Virus record (IMG/VR): IMGVR_UViG_3300008261_004773
Location: 32,830 to 96,829 of that record
Length of the DNA: 64,000 nucleotides
Origin: a virus
Strand: one strand, 5' to 3'
Numbering within the stretch: position 1 is the first letter of the stretch; every line of letters begins with the position of its first letter. The notes beneath the pieces were generated by a model that was not told the origin of the DNA, searched no databases, and saw nothing but the letters and a program-made list of their open reading frames with translations. Position numbers and translations under genes: made by a program. Of the stretch, positions 48,220 to 58,802 are shown in pieces.

Positions 48220-48489
48220 TTAATAATGTTGTATGATTTTTTTATTTAATAGACTATTAAATGCTAAACTGAATGGGGTTGATGTTGCGTTCCTATTTTT
48301 TATTCCTAAATTATCCTCGATAGGTAATTCATCGGATAGTACGACTTCCACCATCATTTTTACCAATTCGTATTTAACAATGTTGATTCTCATTTCTGTA
48401 TTCCCACTCACTTCTTCGTGACCCATGTCAACATATTTTTCGATTTGATCTAAATCGATAAAATAGTTTTCTCCAAGTACCTTAATCAT
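48220..48489 (-). CDS. Hypothetical protein
   Basis: 89-aa ORF in operon. Confidence 0.7.
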   Translation of the reverse strand: MIKVLGENYFIDLDQIEKYVDMGHEEVSGNTEMRINIVKYELVKMMVEVVLSDELPIEDNLGIKNRNATSTPFSLAFNSLLNKKIIQHY

Positions 48490-49082
48490 AAAATTTCCTC
48501 CAATTTGGTTTTTAACTCTTTCAAATTTTTGATTGTGTGTTCACAGTCAATGTTTTTGTTATAAGATGTTTCAAACTTGATAATGATTTTGTTATCAGGT
48601 TTTTTTAATAGTAGGTCAGGATTTGCTGTAAGTAAAATGTCCAACTCGTCCCACATAGAATTTAGAGTGATTTCTGAGTAAAATTTTATTTTCTCAATCA
48701 AACAACCAAACTTTGATAGAAAAAACAGAGATGCTGGTTTGGATTTTCCAATTTCATCAGATACAATCATGATCTCATGGTTGTCTCTCATTTCGTAATA
48801 GAACTCATTCAGATCATGCATCGTAGAAAGTTCTACAGATGGAGAGTGACCGAAAATTTCCATTGGATGTTCTTCATACATAAAACTATAGAAATCGTCT
48901 TTACTTGGAAAAGTAAAATGATTCATCAGGTTAAGAGAATCTATCGGTTCAATAATTTTATACTCAAACTCGGGTTTCTCCGGTAAATCCAAATATGGAT
49001 CAATATAAAATTTTTCATAAAGTTGTTTAAACTTCAGAATAGTGTCTCTTAGAACACCATTCATTTCTATTCCAATTCTCAT
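48486..49082 (-). CDS. 5'(3')-deoxyribonucleotidase-like HAD protein with degenerate motif I
   Basis: MRIGIEMNGVLRD, TSYN near C-terminus. Confidence 0.65.
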   Translation of the reverse strand: MRIGIEMNGVLRDTILKFKQLYEKFYIDPYLDLPEKPEFEYKIIEPIDSLNLMNHFTFPSKDDFYSFMYEEHPMEIFGHSPSVELSTMHDLNEFYYEMRDNHEIMIVSDEIGKSKPASLFFLSKFGCLIEKIKFYSEITLNSMWDELDILLTANPDLLLKKPDNKIIIKFETSYNKNIDCEHTIKNLKELKTKLEEIL

Positions 49083-49810
49083 TCTTCGTATCTTTTCAGG
49101 ATGTGTGTGATTAGTGGGTTTCTAACAATATCTGTATCTTCAAAAACGAAAACACCTACGTCATTCATATTTTTCATTCTTTGTATTGCATCCCACAAAC
49201 CACTTTGAGTTTTATCTTTGTATCGGTCGGTTTGTTCCAAATCACCTGAAATAAAAAATTTGGAGTTAAATCCGATCCTCGTCAATAAAAGCTTCATTTG
49301 GTTCGGAGTTGAGTTTTGTGCTTCCTCAAATATCAATATTGAATTATCAATATTCATACCTCTCATATAAGCCAAAGCAAAAACTTCAATAGCTTCGATG
49401 TCTTTTAATTTTTCTCTCATCTCCTTACCAATTATTTTGTTAAGAAGATAGTAAGATGGGAAAATATAAGGATCTAATTTCTCCTCCACATTTCCTGGGA
49501 GAGACCCTAATTTTTCTTCCGCCTCAACTGCAGGTCTAACTATGATTATTTTTTCATAGGGTGTCTGTGGGTCTGCTAAAAGATCTATTGCCGCTTTCAT
49601 GGCTACGTAGCTTTTTCCGACTCCCGCAGGACCTGAACAAACGGTAATTTGATTATTTTTTAAAGTGTCGTAATAAATTTTTTGGTTTTCTGATAAAAAT
49701 TTTTCTCTGGTTTTTCTTTTGATTAATGAACAAATGAAGTCTTTTTTTGTTTTCATTTGTGTTTCAGTTGTACTTGGAGTAACAACTGGTGTTTTTTTGA
49801 TTTTACCCAT
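49079..49810 (-). CDS. phoH: PhoH family ATPase
   Basis: GPAGVGKS, RPAVEAEEKLGSLPG, AYMRG, EEAQN, LTRIG, GDLEQTD. Confidence 0.95.
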   Translation of the reverse strand: MGKIKKTPVVTPSTTETQMKTKKDFICSLIKRKTREKFLSENQKIYYDTLKNNQITVCSGPAGVGKSYVAMKAAIDLLADPQTPYEKIIIVRPAVEAEEKLGSLPGNVEEKLDPYIFPSYYLLNKIIGKEMREKLKDIEAIEVFALAYMRGMNIDNSILIFEEAQNSTPNQMKLLLTRIGFNSKFFISGDLEQTDRYKDKTQSGLWDAIQRMKNMNDVGVFVFEDTDIVRNPLITHILKRYEE

Positions 49811-50907
49811 TAAATTGATTTTTTTTCTGTCGATCCGGGTTCTCTTTTCGTGACGGTTTTACCTCCATCAGGACTTTCGTAGATCCACGGGGTTTCAGTT
49901 TCATGTTTATCAACCTGACTCTTAATCCAATTATAGGTTTTTTTGAGTCCTATGGAAAGAGGTTGACTAACTTCCCATCCTATCTTTTCTCTATACAATT
50001 TATTGTCTGAATTTCTTCCTTTTACACCAAGAGGACATTTAAATCCGTATTTCTTTACGAACTCTTCTCCTTCAATGTTTTTTATTTTTATATCTTTTCC
50101 TGATATTGAAATTGCCATACTAGCTAGTTGGTTGATAGTAACCATTTCTTCTGAGCCAATGTTTACAGGTCCCGTGAAATCAGAATCCATTAATCTAAGA
50201 ACGGCCTCAACACATTCCTCAACATATAGGAATGATCTTGTTTGTAGTCCATTTCCCCAAACTTCTATCTCATCACCGTCTTTGCTCTCAGCTGCTTTTC
50301 TACACATAGCTGCTGGTGATTTTTCTCTACCGCCTTTCCACGTTCCTTGTGGTCCGAAGATATTATGAAATCTTGCAATTCTAACATCTAATCCATAGTT
50401 TCTATGAAATGATAGATAAACTCTTTCTGAGAATAATTTTTCCCAACCATATTCTGAATCAGGATTTGCAGGATAGGCTGAGCTTTCTTCACAGTTCGGA
50501 TTTTCAGGATCCAACTGGTTATGTTCGGGGTACATACAAGCAGATGATGAATAGAATACTTTCTTAACTTTTTTCTTTACACATTCTTTAGCTACGTTGA
50601 GATTGATGGTCGCTGAATTGTGCATTACATCTGCGTCGTGTTCACCTGTGAAGATATAAAGTGCTCCACCCATATCCGCGGCTAGTTGATAGACTTCATC
50701 CACGCCTTCCTCGATTACTAAAGATACAACATTAGGATCTGTTAGATCACCTAAAATGAACTCATGGCATATTTCATCGTGGAAAAAATATTCGTGTTTC
50801 TTTATATCACAAATTCTAACGTGATTTCCCTCTTCTTTTAGTCTCTTTGCAAGATGGCCTCCAATGAATCCACCACCACCCAATACTAATACTTTTTTTT
50901 GTTTCAT
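49810..50907 (-). CDS. NAD-dependent epimerase, GDP-mannose 3,5-epimerase-like
   Basis: GGGGFIG, LAADMGG, YSSSACMYP, YGWEK, RFHNIFGP.GTWKGGREKSPAAMCRK. Confidence 0.85.
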   Translation of the reverse strand: MKQKKVLVLGGGGFIGGHLAKRLKEEGNHVRICDIKKHEYFFHDEICHEFILGDLTDPNVVSLVIEEGVDEVYQLAADMGGALYIFTGEHDADVMHNSATINLNVAKECVKKKVKKVFYSSSACMYPEHNQLDPENPNCEESSAYPANPDSEYGWEKLFSERVYLSFHRNYGLDVRIARFHNIFGPQGTWKGGREKSPAAMCRKAAESKDGDEIEVWGNGLQTRSFLYVEECVEAVLRLMDSDFTGPVNIGSEEMVTINQLASMAISISGKDIKIKNIEGEEFVKKYGFKCPLGVKGRNSDNKLYREKIGWEVSQPLSIGLKKTYNWIKSQVDKHETETPWIYESPDGGKTVTKREPGSTEKKSI

Positions 50908-50908
50908 A

Positions 50909-51517
50909 TTACTTAATGATTACTTTTCCTTTTTTTCTTAAAATAGTTAACCCATGATTTATGGGAATTGTCATCCATTCCCATTTATTTTTGTCTAATT
51001 CTTCTACCGCTCTGTAAGGTCCACCCAAACCCCACTCTGAATTTTCAGGATGGTTAATAGGGTTAAAAAAATGTGGATGACAACTTTGTCCCATAACGTC
51101 GTGTAAAAGAATAATTGTATTTTCATCCGATATTCGGTCTATTTCTTCGAGTTCTTTTTTCACGTGAGGGTAGCTATGCCAATCATCAACATAAATTAAG
51201 TCGTATTTTTCCTCGTTATTTTTTAAAAATTCAATTGCGTCTGATTGAACAAATGTTTGATACTTTGCTAAATCATCAGGTGCTCTCCAAACTGTTTTTG
51301 ATATATCTACAGAAGTTAGATGACCTCCGAGAACTTTGCAAGCAATTAAAAAAGGATAACTTGACCCACCGTTTCTAACCCCAAGTTCTAAAATTTTTTT
51401 AGTTTTCATTTGCAGAGCAATTGAAAAAAAAGTTAGAACGTGTTCAAAATATTGTGTTTCACCGTCATTCTTGGTTTTTAATGTGCGGTTCATTAACTCC
51501 ATCAAATAATTTTCCAT
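50909..51517 (-). CDS. Class I SAM-dependent methyltransferase (Methyltransf_24-like)
   Basis: ILELGVRNGGS, DLIYVDDWH, LLHD. Confidence 0.85.
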   Translation of the reverse strand: MENYLMELMNRTLKTKNDGETQYFEHVLTFFSIALQMKTKKILELGVRNGGSSYPFLIACKVLGGHLTSVDISKTVWRAPDDLAKYQTFVQSDAIEFLKNNEEKYDLIYVDDWHSYPHVKKELEEIDRISDENTIILLHDVMGQSCHPHFFNPINHPENSEWGLGGPYRAVEELDKNKWEWMTIPINHGLTILRKKGKVIIK

Positions 51518-52326
51518 TACAAAGATTGTATGACTTTATTTATACCCTCTCTCAGAGAAATTTTTGGTTTCCAAAAATTTAATATGTAAGGATCAGGTTC
51601 ATTTCTTTTATTCAATTGAACTGTATCAATTTCTTTAGATGGAATAATTTCACATGGTATTTCATCTTTGATGATTTCTGCAATTTCTAAAATTGTATTC
51701 CATTCAAAATTGGTTATGTGAAGATTGGTATTTCTGTCGATTTCATCATATTTTTGAGATAAAATCATAAGTGCTCTTGAACAGTCTTCAGCGTGTAGAA
51801 ATTGTCTTTCCTCTTTACCGTCGGTCATCATTTCAATCTTACCTTCTTTTGCTTTCAAAATGAAGTCAGTAATTACATGTGATTTTTCTAGATCATGTTC
51901 AGGTCCGTAAACGTTCCAAAACTTAACGGTAAGTCCACCAAGAGCTGTTGAGAATATTTCTCCTAAACTCTTACAAACACCATACGGAGAGTAAGACATA
52001 TTAGCCATCTGAGATGATGCGAATATGAAAGGTTTTTCATATTTTTTTATTGTCTCAAAAGTGAATAAAGTTAGTTTGGTGTTGTTTTCGATAAACTCAT
52101 ATGTATGTTGATACTTCTTCAAGTATCTTGAACCACCTACGTCAAACGCTAAAAACATAACGAAATCACATTCGTTGATCAAATCTTCTAACACACCGGG
52201 TATTCTCAAATCCTGAGTTGGGTCTGTAGCGATATCGAAAGATAAAACGTCATGTCCTTCTTTCTCTAAAAATTTACATAGCTCATGACCAATTTGTCCT
52301 GCTGATCCTAATACAAGGTACTTCAT
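51517..52326 (-). CDS. NAD-dependent epimerase/dehydratase
   Basis: GSAGQIG, YGVCK, NVYGP. Confidence 0.88.
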   Translation of the reverse strand: MKYLVLGSAGQIGHELCKFLEKEGHDVLSFDIATDPTQDLRIPGVLEDLINECDFVMFLAFDVGGSRYLKKYQHTYEFIENNTKLTLFTFETIKKYEKPFIFASSQMANMSYSPYGVCKSLGEIFSTALGGLTVKFWNVYGPEHDLEKSHVITDFILKAKEGKIEMMTDGKEERQFLHAEDCSRALMILSQKYDEIDRNTNLHITNFEWNTILEIAEIIKDEIPCEIIPSKEIDTVQLNKRNEPDPYILNFWKPKISLREGINKVIQSL

Positions 52327-52327
52327 A

Positions 52328-53164
52328 TTATACTAAATTTTTCAAATAATTTTCCCACATGTAGTCTTCTGCAACTGGGAAATCTTTAGCCTTCAAGAAA
52401 TTTCTTTCAATTGCTGGCATCATAGATTTATATTTTTCAACAGATACTGTTTCTAAATTTGGATCATCCTCCAAGAAGATAACCCCTGTTGGATCGAAGT
52501 ATTTTTCAACCGCTTTTCTTGAACCATAGTAAATTGGTACAGTACCCATTGCAAAACAATCCGTTAATTTTTCCGTGAAATATACATCCGAGTTATCGTT
52601 CTCAATTGCAACAGAGAACATATAGTCTTTCAAACCATCCTCTTTATCTCTTAATTGATTTGGTCTGCCTGTTCCAAATAGATCTACCTTGTCTTGTAAT
52701 TTTTCAACCCACTGAAGTCTATTCTGATGACCTCTTAACCAACCTTTGTTCGATGCAATCATGGAAACAAGTTTAGTTTTCTCGTGTATTTTTCTGTTAT
52801 CAGGCCATATCCACGGGGCGGCATTCGTAATACAATATTTGAAAGGTTCTCCTAAAGCCAACAATTCATCCATACAAGTAAAAATCATCTTGTAGTGTGA
52901 TCTTGTTTTTTCTAAATCTTCGGTTAAAACTCTGATAGTTGCTTCATTCATTTGAGGTGACTCTAAAAGCCATCCAATTTTATCAGATCCACCGTCTCTA
53001 AATCCCCAATCTTTAATGTAGTTGTCAACATACACACTAAGGGTGTATGGATCTGCAGTTTCTCTAGAAAGCCAATTAATATATCTTGGCATATTTCTGT
53101 TTGATGAACAATCATATTCACCCCACCAGTCTGATACTTTTCTGATTTTTACTTTTTCTGACAT
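52328..53164 (-). CDS. GT10 (alpha-1,3-fucosyltransferase-like)
   Basis: YMFSVAIEN...YFTEKL.DCF..GTVPIYYG. Confidence 0.85.
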   Translation of the reverse strand: MSEKVKIRKVSDWWGEYDCSSNRNMPRYINWLSRETADPYTLSVYVDNYIKDWGFRDGGSDKIGWLLESPQMNEATIRVLTEDLEKTRSHYKMIFTCMDELLALGEPFKYCITNAAPWIWPDNRKIHEKTKLVSMIASNKGWLRGHQNRLQWVEKLQDKVDLFGTGRPNQLRDKEDGLKDYMFSVAIENDNSDVYFTEKLTDCFAMGTVPIYYGSRKAVEKYFDPTGVIFLEDDPNLETVSVEKYKSMMPAIERNFLKAKDFPVAEDYMWENYLKNLV

Positions 53165-53167
53165 ATG

Positions 53168-54010
53168 TTATTTGTTTGTTGGTATTAATAATCCATCTTT
53201 CCATTCAACATCAACCAAGTTCCAATAGGATTCGTAGATGTCATCGGCTTTGGGCCCACGAGGACCGAACCAACGGGAAGGACATACTATTTTTTTATTT
53301 TTATTTTTGTTTAAGAAAGTTGCCCACCATGAAAAAGTGGAATTAGAAATGATATGATTTTCACATAACCCCATCAAATAAAGTTCTTTCCAATCTTGAT
53401 CTTCGTTTGGAAATACAACGTTTGGAAAAGAAAAATTATTCATAACAAAATCTCTACTACCTGGCCATCTTGACTCATCTTCAGTAAAAAGGAATACTGT
53501 ACTGTATTCTCCAATAATTTTCAATGCCTCTTGAATATACTCGACAGATATTGTTGGATGTATTTCAGGGAACTGAAGATATTCACCACGTCTTACGTGT
53601 ATGGATAAAGTTTTGGGTTGGTTTAATTGAGGGTACTTTGATCGCAACTCATCGATTACTTCTTGTGATGGTTGGAATATTTCACGTATTTGATCGTCAA
53701 AACCGAACCAATTTTTCGTGCTTTGGAAATAACCGTCGAATACTGTATTTTCCTCCACAGGATTAACTTCACTGTATTCAAAGGGACCTTCGGTTACTCT
53801 TGTGAATCCTTCTAAATTATCTACAAATTTTAAGTTTCTGAAAACATTATTAATATAGTTTTCTGCACCACGACCCTGTCCTGGTGTCCATGATCTTGGA
53901 ATAAAAACAACTTCTCTGTTGTGTTTCCAACCTTGTGATAATGCGTGAGCGGCTTCGAAAAGTTGATTTCCCAAACCACCCATTAAATTACATGATATTA
54001 GATTACTCAT
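53168..54010 (-). CDS. GT11 (alpha-1,2-fucosyltransferase-like)
   Basis: GGLGNQLF, GYFQS, HVRRGEY, NSTFSWW. Confidence 0.92.
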   Translation of the reverse strand: MSNLISCNLMGGLGNQLFEAAHALSQGWKHNREVVFIPRSWTPGQGRGAENYINNVFRNLKFVDNLEGFTRVTEGPFEYSEVNPVEENTVFDGYFQSTKNWFGFDDQIREIFQPSQEVIDELRSKYPQLNQPKTLSIHVRRGEYLQFPEIHPTISVEYIQEALKIIGEYSTVFLFTEDESRWPGSRDFVMNNFSFPNVVFPNEDQDWKELYLMGLCENHIISNSTFSWWATFLNKNKNKKIVCPSRWFGPRGPKADDIYESYWNLVDVEWKDGLLIPTNK

Positions 54011-54654
54011 TTTTTAACGTATAAAGTATCACCCCATTTTGGATGCCAAGCGGAGTGATATGATTTTATGAACCCTTTGGATTCCATATATTCTGTTATT
54101 TTTTCTTCTATTACTTGACCGTCGTAGAGTTCAATACTTGCAGTCTCTATTACAATTGCTTCGGCTGAGAATATAAACTCACTTGTTGTCAAAATATCGA
54201 AATCATTACCTTGTGTATCCAAACTAACAATATCGAATTCTGTGGACAAATTGTTTTCATTCAAGAAATCATCTATGTTGACAACATTGACAATTACACT
54301 GTTCTTGAATTTTATCTGTGGGTACATTGTTGCATGTTCCTTCAAACCTCTGAGTGAGGAACACCCTGGATTTGATCCGTGATCATCCCCGATAATGTTG
54401 AAGGGTAGAGATCCGTTCTTTTTACCAACAGCATAAGGAAACAAAACACTCTCGTATTTTTCAGATTTAATTTTTTCGGTAAGTTCAGGGATTAGATTTG
54501 GGTTTGGTTCGAACCAATAGACCTTTTCAGGATTCAATGTATCGTAGAATGATTTTTCTTCACCTAAGCACGCGCCAATGTGTAATATGTTTTTGACTGT
54601 TGAATCTTTGAAAAGATTAACAATTCTTTCTTCCATGTCGGGTCCGAACGCCAT
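54007..54654 (-). CDS. FkbM family methyltransferase
   Basis: LHIGA, FEPNP, LDTQG, WGDTLY. Confidence 0.88.
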   Translation of the reverse strand: MAFGPDMEERIVNLFKDSTVKNILHIGACLGEEKSFYDTLNPEKVYWFEPNPNLIPELTEKIKSEKYESVLFPYAVGKKNGSLPFNIIGDDHGSNPGCSSLRGLKEHATMYPQIKFKNSVIVNVVNIDDFLNENNLSTEFDIVSLDTQGNDFDILTTSEFIFSAEAIVIETASIELYDGQVIEEKITEYMESKGFIKSYHSAWHPKWGDTLYVKK

Positions 54655-54696
54655 AGAACTAATTATACATCAATCACGTGTAAAAAAAATAGGTAA

Positions 54697-55308
54697 TTAT
54701 AAATTCTTGTTCTCCCAAGATTCGAAGACATATGGGTATTCCCAATTACAAACAAACCCTTTAGATCTTAGTCCTTCTTGAATTTTTTGTTTTCTCTCTT
54801 CGTAGTCAGTACCCATTCTGTGAAATTGAATTTGTATGAATTTGAATTTACTCAGTATGTCTGATTTCAACCAATGCTCGAAAAGAGGAAACTCTTCACC
54901 TTCAACATTAACTTGCATCAGGTCTACTTTATCAACATTATATTTCTCAAGGAAATATTCTAATGGTTCACAATGTATGGTAATTTGATTAGAAGTTTGT
55001 TCGAGATATTGAGAAGACGCATCACCATTGTGAGAAATCAAAACGTCTTTAGATTCTGTAGAAATCCCAAGTTGTTCGATTTTAACTTTCTCGTTTGAAA
55101 AAAAATCTCTTTTGATAACACTACAAAAATCTTCAATTGGTTCGATGACAATAATATTGGATTTGTAGTTATCGTATATTCTCCTTGTCCAATTACCCAT
55201 GAAACCTCCGAGTTCGATTACCCACGATTCTTCTGTTAGTGGATATGTTGCGACTAAAAAGTGATTACCGTTATCCTTGTCCCATCTTGCGTTGTGTTCT
55301 GTATACAT
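54697..55308 (-). CDS. FkbM family methyltransferase
   Basis: ELGGFMG, IEP, VNVEGEE, QIQFH. Confidence 0.85.
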   Translation of the reverse strand: MYTEHNARWDKDNGNHFLVATYPLTEESWVIELGGFMGNWTRRIYDNYKSNIIVIEPIEDFCSVIKRDFFSNEKVKIEQLGISTESKDVLISHNGDASSQYLEQTSNQITIHCEPLEYFLEKYNVDKVDLMQVNVEGEEFPLFEHWLKSDILSKFKFIQIQFHRMGTDYEERKQKIQEGLRSKGFVCNWEYPYVFESWENKNL

Positions 55309-56019
55309 TTAAATTTTTTTATAAGGTGTTTTATTTGCTATAAGGTTGTGTGTGTTTCTGACTTTATTGAGATCAATTTTGTGATCATTGATTGGATTAG
55401 ATTCATTATAAACATATAGTACTTCATCAATAAATTTAAAATGTTCCAATCCTGACATTTCTATCATCGGCCACATAAATGATAAGTCACCAGCAACACT
55501 CCAATAATTACCATTACCATCTTTTAAATCCCTTTCATCGATCTTTTTCCACAACCAAGATTTCCATGTTCTGAGATGGGAAAGGGTAAAATTAGATTTT
55601 CTTATATTATCTAAGGAGGTTATCGGTCTGTTGAATCCTGGTCTGCCGTCATGATACTTGAAAGAACCACTTGTCATCCAAACATTTTCATCTTGATATA
55701 TCTCATTGATTTTGGATAATACATTTGGATTTGGTAACCAATCATCCCCATCGATTTCTACACAAATTTCATCACCGTCCAAAGCTCTCCATCTGATTAT
55801 TTGATCGTAATTACCTGGTTGATATAACTTACTATGATTTTCAATCAATATGAATCGATCATCTCCCTGAATAACTGATTTTATTTTTTCTACTGTGGAG
55901 TCTGTTGACATGTCGTCTGTGATGTAACATTTGAAATCTTTGAATTTCTGAGACATTATACTCAACAAACTTCTTTCAATAAATTTTTCGCAATTATATG
56001 ATGTTGTTAGAATTGTCAT
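55309..56019 (-). CDS. Glycosyltransferase family 2
   Basis: TSYN, DDMSTD, IDGDDWL. Confidence 0.88.
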   Translation of the reverse strand: MTILTTSYNCEKFIERSLLSIMSQKFKDFKCYITDDMSTDSTVEKIKSVIQGDDRFILIENHSKLYQPGNYDQIIRWRALDGDEICVEIDGDDWLPNPNVLSKINEIYQDENVWMTSGSFKYHDGRPGFNRPITSLDNIRKSNFTLSHLRTWKSWLWKKIDERDLKDGNGNYWSVAGDLSFMWPMIEMSGLEHFKFIDEVLYVYNESNPINDHKIDLNKVRNTHNLIANKTPYKKI

Positions 56020-57176
56020 AGTTCAATTTGGAATCCCTCTGGTTTAGTGGTGTATCTGAAAAACTTGAGTCTTGATCCAAACTCGCTCATATCTTTCTTT
56101 TTGAATTGTTCAATTACAGATTCTATTTCCTGTACATAAACTGTATATCCTCTTTCTAATAGTTTCAAACAAAAATTATACTGTTGGGAGTCAGTGAGAA
56201 TATCGGTACCTCTCTTATAAGAGATGTGTCTCATTACAAATGGTATGGTCTTATCAGGGTTCAATTCTGAATAATATTGTGCGAGGAATTCGGTATGTTC
56301 ATTATTCATCAAATCCACTAAGTCTGATAACTTAGCATCACCCCCATGTTTTTTTGCATGTACGGAAAGTGCTCGGTTGTCTCTTGGAAGACAAGGTCCA
56401 CCAAATCCGAATCCATACTTCAAAAATGAATTACCGATTCTTGGATCCGATCCTACGGCTTTTAATATATTGTTAATTTCACTACCGACACCTGTTTTGA
56501 TTGCAATTTCACCAATCATATTGGCGAAAGAAATTTTAGTAGTCAGAAAACAATTGATTGCTATTTTAGTGAGTTCAGCGGATGTGTAGGACATCACATT
56601 GAAATGGGTACTTGTTCCACAAATTATTCTATAAAGATTAAGAATTATTTTCAGATCGTGTCCATCGGGGCAACCTATTAATACCATTTTTGCATCCTCT
56701 ATACCCTTAACAATTTCTCCTTGAGCAACAAACTCAGGGTTATAAATTACATTAATTGAATATTGGTTCAATAGTTCGGCAATCTGTTCAACATCACCAG
56801 GGTTTGTTGTACACCCCACAATGAAAGTTTTACCCATGACTTGTTCTCCATTCTTGAAAGTGGATACAAAATCGTCAACTACAGACCATAATTTAGTAAT
56901 ATCATAGGTTCCATCCGAGGTAGATGGGGTCTCAACAAAGGTCCAAATATATTCACATTCTTTTATAACCTCCTGATTAGTATCTACAACCTCTAAGAAC
57001 CTTTTTTTAGAAAACATTTCTGTGATCTGAGGTTCGTTAGTGATACAGATCCCGTTCTTCAAGTTCTTTCTATAAGTTTCATTGGAATCTGATATGACCA
57101 TAGGTATTCCATGTCGATCACAAACCAGTGCAAAAGACAATCCTAGTCTACCAGCACCAATCACACCTACTTTCAT
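56016..57176 (-). CDS. UDP-glucose/GDP-mannose dehydrogenase family
   Basis: GAGRLG, YNPEF, AELTK, KISFAN, GFGGPCLPRD. Confidence 0.92.
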   Translation of the reverse strand: MKVGVIGAGRLGLSFALVCDRHGIPMVISDSNETYRKNLKNGICITNEPQITEMFSKKRFLEVVDTNQEVIKECEYIWTFVETPSTSDGTYDITKLWSVVDDFVSTFKNGEQVMGKTFIVGCTTNPGDVEQIAELLNQYSINVIYNPEFVAQGEIVKGIEDAKMVLIGCPDGHDLKIILNLYRIICGTSTHFNVMSYTSAELTKIAINCFLTTKISFANMIGEIAIKTGVGSEINNILKAVGSDPRIGNSFLKYGFGFGGPCLPRDNRALSVHAKKHGGDAKLSDLVDLMNNEHTEFLAQYYSELNPDKTIPFVMRHISYKRGTDILTDSQQYNFCLKLLERGYTVYVQEIESVIEQFKKKDMSEFGSRLKFFRYTTKPEGFQIEL

Positions 57177-58798
57177 GAATTTAATATTTCGATATATTTT
57201 TCTTTTATTGTTTTCGCAACATTGTCTGAATAGTATTTCTCTAAATCAGTCGGGGGTTCGTAAAGATTCTTCTCCAAAATACCACCTGAAGAATCAACTT
57301 TATAAATGAATCCTGGTTTACCACACATCCAACCTTCGATAGTTGTTCTACCTAGCTGAATACCCGCAGTCATTTTACATTTTTGGATGTACATTTCTAC
57401 AGACCAAGTTGCCTTGAAGTGTTTTACGTGTTTGTTTTCTAAAATTTCTTTCAGGTAGTTTGACTTGTCTTCACCAACTAACCATAACTCCATACCCTCT
57501 TCTTTGGTTTTTTCAATTAAGTCTCTAATTGCGTTTTCTCTCAAATAATCTATTGTACCAACAAATAAGATTGCGTTTTCTTCCTTAATATTTTTAGGTT
57601 TGAATTTAGTATTATCAACAGGGTTATAGATTACCTCAACGTCTGTCATTTCAAACTTGTCTTCCAAGTAAGATTTTATTTCAGGTCTGATTGCAACATA
57701 CTTTTTGATAGAAGGATCAATGTGAGGGTCTTCCAAACTGATAACTTCAGAATGAATTGTAGTCAATTTTGGTATCTCAGGATATAACTGACAAATTCTT
57801 TCTGTGATCGGTTTGTGTTGTGTATGGATGATGTCATAAGTAACATCAGAGATTTTGTAGAACACATTTGGTGTCGAAGGTTCAACTCCATTTGGAGTGT
57901 TGAATCCCCACTTCCCATCACCCATTTTAAAACCTGGAGGTTCCATGTGTGAAATAGTTTTGATACCTCTTTCTTTAGCTAACTTACTGAGCGGACCATC
58001 AATTTCAGAAAGCACGGTCACATCACAATTAAGTTTTTGTAACCCTTTGGCTAGCTCATAAACATATAACTCTGATCCTGTAAAAGTTTTGAAGAATAAT
58101 GAACTTATCAAAACTTTGAGTTTGTCTTCAAATTTATATTTTACTTTGGCGGGTAAATGATCTTTATATTTTTCTGCGAATATTTTTCTGTTTTCATCCC
58201 ATTGTTGGTTAACCATTCCAATGGATTTGTGAGTGATTCTCACGTTTGTGATAACCCCAACCTTCACTCCATCAATAAAGTTTTTGAAACAAAAATTTAC
58301 GTCGTACAAGTGAAAACCTGGAACATTCTCATCGAAAGTGTGTTTGATTTTTGTTTTATCTAAAACAATAAACAGTCCATCGACAATCACAGTTTCTTTG
58401 ATCCCATTTCCTAATGAGTCTGAGTATTTTGATTCCCATTTTTTTCCTTCATGCTCGTGATTAACAATTCCAACCATTCTCCCTTTTTGTTCCCACCACA
58501 TTCCACTCTCTGGCATAAAAGTAGTGCCTGCAACACCTAAAATTCCGAAATCTGATTTTTCGAAATGTTTTAGTATTTTTGAATACCAACCATTCGTGTC
58601 AAACAAAATATCATCATGACATAGTACAATTATGTCAGTATCGGATTCAGAAATGATTTCATTATAAACTTGACTGAGACTTTTTTCCCCGTTGTTCACC
58701 TTTTCGATGACGTTAATTTTTTTGAATCCTGAAGTCTTTTTGATATACTCAATGAACTCAGGATTACTCTTCCTTGTACTATATCCTACTGTTATCAT
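57173..58798 (-). CDS. Bifunctional glycosyltransferase (GT-A + GT-B)
   Basis: LCHDD, VDGLF, GFHLYD in N-half; TGSELYVYELA, NPVD, GRTTIEGWMCGKP in C-half. Confidence 0.85.
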   Translation of the reverse strand: MITVGYSTRKSNPEFIEYIKKTSGFKKINVIEKVNNGEKSLSQVYNEIISESDTDIIVLCHDDILFDTNGWYSKILKHFEKSDFGILGVAGTTFMPESGMWWEQKGRMVGIVNHEHEGKKWESKYSDSLGNGIKETVIVDGLFIVLDKTKIKHTFDENVPGFHLYDVNFCFKNFIDGVKVGVITNVRITHKSIGMVNQQWDENRKIFAEKYKDHLPAKVKYKFEDKLKVLISSLFFKTFTGSELYVYELAKGLQKLNCDVTVLSEIDGPLSKLAKERGIKTISHMEPPGFKMGDGKWGFNTPNGVEPSTPNVFYKISDVTYDIIHTQHKPITERICQLYPEIPKLTTIHSEVISLEDPHIDPSIKKYVAIRPEIKSYLEDKFEMTDVEVIYNPVDNTKFKPKNIKEENAILFVGTIDYLRENAIRDLIEKTKEEGMELWLVGEDKSNYLKEILENKHVKHFKATWSVEMYIQKCKMTAGIQLGRTTIEGWMCGKPGFIYKVDSSGGILEKNLYEPPTDLEKYYSDNVAKTIKEKYIEILNS

Positions 58799-58802
58799 TT
58801 CT

